From Haliotis rufescens (taxonomy: Eukaryota): a stretch of DNA of 64,000 nucleotides. The notes beneath the pieces were generated by a model. The model did not search any database, had not been told where the DNA came from, and saw only the letters and a list, made by a program, of their open reading frames with translations. Location: assembly GCF_023055435.1 (NCBI RefSeq), contig NW_025963780.1, forward strand, positions 24,924,001 through 24,988,000. Reading direction: 5' to 3'. Numbering within the stretch: position 1 is the stretch's first letter; each line of letters begins with the position of its first letter. The position numbers and the translations under genes were made by a program. This document shows, one piece after another, positions 61,401 to 64,000 of the stretch.

Positions 61401-61675
61401 AGTACAAATCAAAATTTGAAACACATTCCGTACTCCACATGAACTTTGACTTGGGAATTTAACGCCTCCCCAAGAACGCGACCTCTGTTATCAACAACGG
61501 CTGCACCGGTGTCATCGCAGCTTGTTTCGATGCCAAGGACAGTTTTCTTTGTATCAAAATATGTAGAAAACGCAGAGAGGACGCGTGTCTTTGATTCACT
61601 ATTCCCTGATACTCTTAGACAACTCGAGATGCGTCGTTGACAACATCGGCTGACATGCCTCATGGGCGCAGACAT
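49453..61675 (-). CDS. OSGEPL1: Mitochondrial tRNA N6-adenosine threonylcarbamoyltransferase (Kae1/Qri7/TsaD family), ~421 aa, 10 coding exons
   Basis: Exons 61675-61434, 61080-60981, 60725-60631, 58863-58801, 58200-58071, 56288-56084, 53413-53265, 52067-51937, 50322-50248, 49528-49453; all GT..AG and in phase. Motifs [94 protein letters not shown]. Arg/Ser-rich presequence. Confidence 0.96.
51730..51936. repeat. 71-bp tandem repeat derived from the OSGEPL1 exon 8 / intron 8 junction
   Basis: ACCAGGCAATCATTACAC occurs at 51793, 51864 and 51935, the last being the real exon end. Confidence 0.9.
53062..53222. repeat. ~20-bp tandem repeat (CAACCAACCACTCACTCATG-like)
   Basis: About 8 degenerate copies, read directly. 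Confidence 0.8.
57836..58017. repeat. ~19-22-bp tandem repeat of overlapping palindromes (TGATCATGAATTC)
   Basis: About 9 copies, read directly. Confidence 0.85.
60058..60563. mobile_element. TIR MITE with hAT-like termini
   Basis: Perfect 18-bp TIR CAGAGCTCCAGATAAGCT / AGCTTATCTGGAGCTCTG. No clear TSD. Confidence 0.7.
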
Positions 61676-61941
61676 CTTGGATTTCCCACAATGCACTCTG
61701 TCGAGAACCGACAGGATAAAATTCCCCAAATCCTCATGTTTATACTATCGTTCTATGTCCGATATATTCAATAAAAATTTACCGCAACATATATAATTTG
61801 TATATAGTATCATTTGTAGGCTTCGGAAATGATTATATCATTTTATTCGTACACTAAAACGAAACATATTCGAAAACTTTGACCCGGAAGTCCTTTAAAT
61901 CTCAGTGTGGAAGGCTCGAGCGTGGCAATTGTCAATTTCTG
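61676..61941. promoter_or_regulatory. Bidirectional promoter shared by OSGEPL1 and GARS1
   Basis: The divergent ATGs are only 267 bp apart. ETS/GABP-type CCGGAAGT at 61884-61891. Confidence 0.75.
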
Positions 61942-62187
61942 ATGAAACAGTGTATTTATCTGCTAGGCCAGTGTGTGAGGTATAGTCGCTTAGCTCCCTT
62001 GACGGGATTTCATCGGATTAGCGCATGCATATCGTCCACTAGTCGACAGTATATAAAGGCCAGAGATCCTGAGTGGGGATCAAAGAGAGAAAAGGAGAAG
62101 AGAAGCTCGATATTGCGAAACCTTACGAAAATGGATCCACAGATAGAAGCCGTGTTAGCCCCATTCCGAGCATCGGTCAAGGAACAG
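61942..62187 (+). CDS. GARS1: Glycine--tRNA ligase, first coding exon (presequence and start of WHEP domain); the gene continues beyond the window
   Basis: MKQCIYLLGQCVRYSRL...EWGSKREKEKR...MDPQIEAVLAPFRASVKEQ|GTAATA. The second Met (62131) begins the characteristic GlyRS WHEP start (E.vLAPlR.sV.eQ). Confidence 0.85.
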
Positions 62188-62477
62188 GTAATAACTAGCA
62201 TATTGCATGTTAACGTGTACTTGATTCACACTGATAATTTGCTAGAAAACATACCAAGAAAGTTGGTTGTTCTTCAATACTCATTTTACATGTTTTAGGA
62301 TAAAATAACAAGATGAATAGATGAACATGATGAATAGACGAGTTATATTTGTTTTCTGTTTTATGGTGAATACAGCCAGAGAAGAATTGCCAAAATATTG
62401 CAAAATTAAATTCTCTTTCTATGTTGCTATTGCATGAGGTTATAACTTGCTATATGATCACAATAGGTAGAGTATTT

Positions 62478-62907
62478 TGGGACTGGGACGAGTCCAAATT
62501 TACTACCTGGGTACCCATGCACCCACCTTATTACCCCACCCTAACCGGATACCCGCTGTAGGTCTCAAGAGATAGGTCCATATGTCTGATTGGGAATGGT
62601 TTGACTGTAGCCCTGGCAAAATGTATTTGGATACTTGTATAAAACGATCTTCTCATGCATACACCATATACACTGAAGTTGACTGAAGGTTTGACTGTTT
62701 TTTTATTCAAACATATAAAGTTAGAAGGAATGGGTGCATAGTCAGAAGGAAATGCAAACATTAGTCACTTATAGTGTAACCATAGAGTTCTAGATACTTT
62801 TTGCCATTAAACAATATATCACGTGACAACGACAGGTCCATGTAGTCCTGTGGGTACCCGGGTCCTACTCAGTACCCACCCGACCCGAATAACCCGTCCC
62901 AGCCCTA
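62478..62907. mobile_element. hAT-family MITE in GARS1 intron 1
   Basis: Termini TGGGACTGGGAC / GTCCCAGCCCTA and perfect 8-bp TSD GAGTATTT. Confidence 0.88.
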
Positions 62908-64000
62908 GAGTATTTATATATGGTTGGAATTATTGACAAAAATCCAAGCCTTATGATAATGCTCATATGTTAAGGTATCATTAGATCTACTCACAGTTAC
63001 GAGACTGATTATAGAATATTCATATGAGAGAGAAAGGGCTTCCACTAGGTATCATACACAAAGTAGGCATGTTTACTGTGTTTGAGAATTCATTTAAGTC
63101 AGTAAACATTAAATATAGAAAGATAGAATATCGTCTAAACTGACTGATCTAACAAACCAGTCGTATTTATCATGTACATCTGCTTAACCATATTAACAGC
63201 GATAGAAACTTACAGTTTTAGCCCACTAGCCCTTAGTTATAAAGCAAAAAACCCAAAACAGCAAATTTCTACTAGTCCTTAGGATACCTTAGCTATTGGG
63301 CAGTTTAACAAGGACTATAGGACTAGTGCCAATTTCTAATGCTGATTAACCATGTACCATGTGTTAAGATAACAAAGATTGATAAAAGCATAAATGGTAA
63401 AGTTTACAAGATGCTCATGATGCTGGGGAAATTATCTGACTCTACGGACTGGAAGACAAGTAAGAATAGAAGCATCGAAATGCATTGTTTTTTATTTCTA
63501 ACTTATTGTTGGTTTATTGATTAGAAATTAAAATAAAGAAGGATAAGTGCTCTCTTAAAATCACTTCCTCGTGAAGATATCAGAGATTTTGAGATGAGGA
63601 GGACATGGAGGAAGTATGATGTGACATGCTTAGGAACATGTGTTGAAGATTAGGAATGTGCTTAAGTAAATGAGTGATGTATGAAGTTTTAGAGTCAATT
63701 TACTCATCTAAATAAGGAACCCTCCAAAAAGTTAATGTCCTTCATAATATGGACTATGTATGCTTCGAAACTTAGCAGCTTGTGGGCCTCTGTCATGGGG
63801 TCTGTGTGTATATATTTTACAAATGAACGGTGATGAAGTATTCACCCTGTTTAAACTATAGATATATGTTGATGAAGATGATGAATGCTTTATTGTTTTG
63901 AGTTTGCATTTACCAACATTTTGTATTATTTTGATTTATTATGATTAATGAGACACTATGAATGTGCCTGGGGGGCGAGTCTTAATGACTTCCTGCGTTA

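Overview
Eukaryotic, intron-rich, repeat-rich animal DNA. The tRNA-derived SINEs with (CACT)n tails and the Helentron-type elements carrying satellite arrays point to a mollusc, probably a gastropod such as abalone (inference). I could splice five genes by hand with GT..AG junctions and consistent phases: (1) a ~375-aa protein with two CBM20 domains and no catalytic domain (minus strand); (2) METTL6, the tRNA m3C methyltransferase (minus); (3) an MFSD4/NaGLT1-like MFS transporter (plus); (4) a complete 10-exon mitochondrial OSGEPL1 (minus); (5) the first exon of GARS1 (plus), head-to-head with OSGEPL1. The rest is SINEs, hAT/MULE/Harbinger/mariner-type elements, HINE-like elements, several tandem arrays and one assembly gap. 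The most unusual structures are as follows. A 5.1-kb minisatellite whose 43-bp unit copies the OSGEPL1 stop codon plus a GTAAGT splice donor (~119 donors in tandem), with a second donor-spanning duplication in the same gene. A ~600-bp inverted duplication between the divergent METTL6 and MFS genes that appears to copy a promoter and non-coding first exon, and that contains a 36-bp pri-miRNA-like hairpin. A G-quadruplex-prone array grown from a hAT MITE subterminus. All calls are from reading the sequence; no searches were run.
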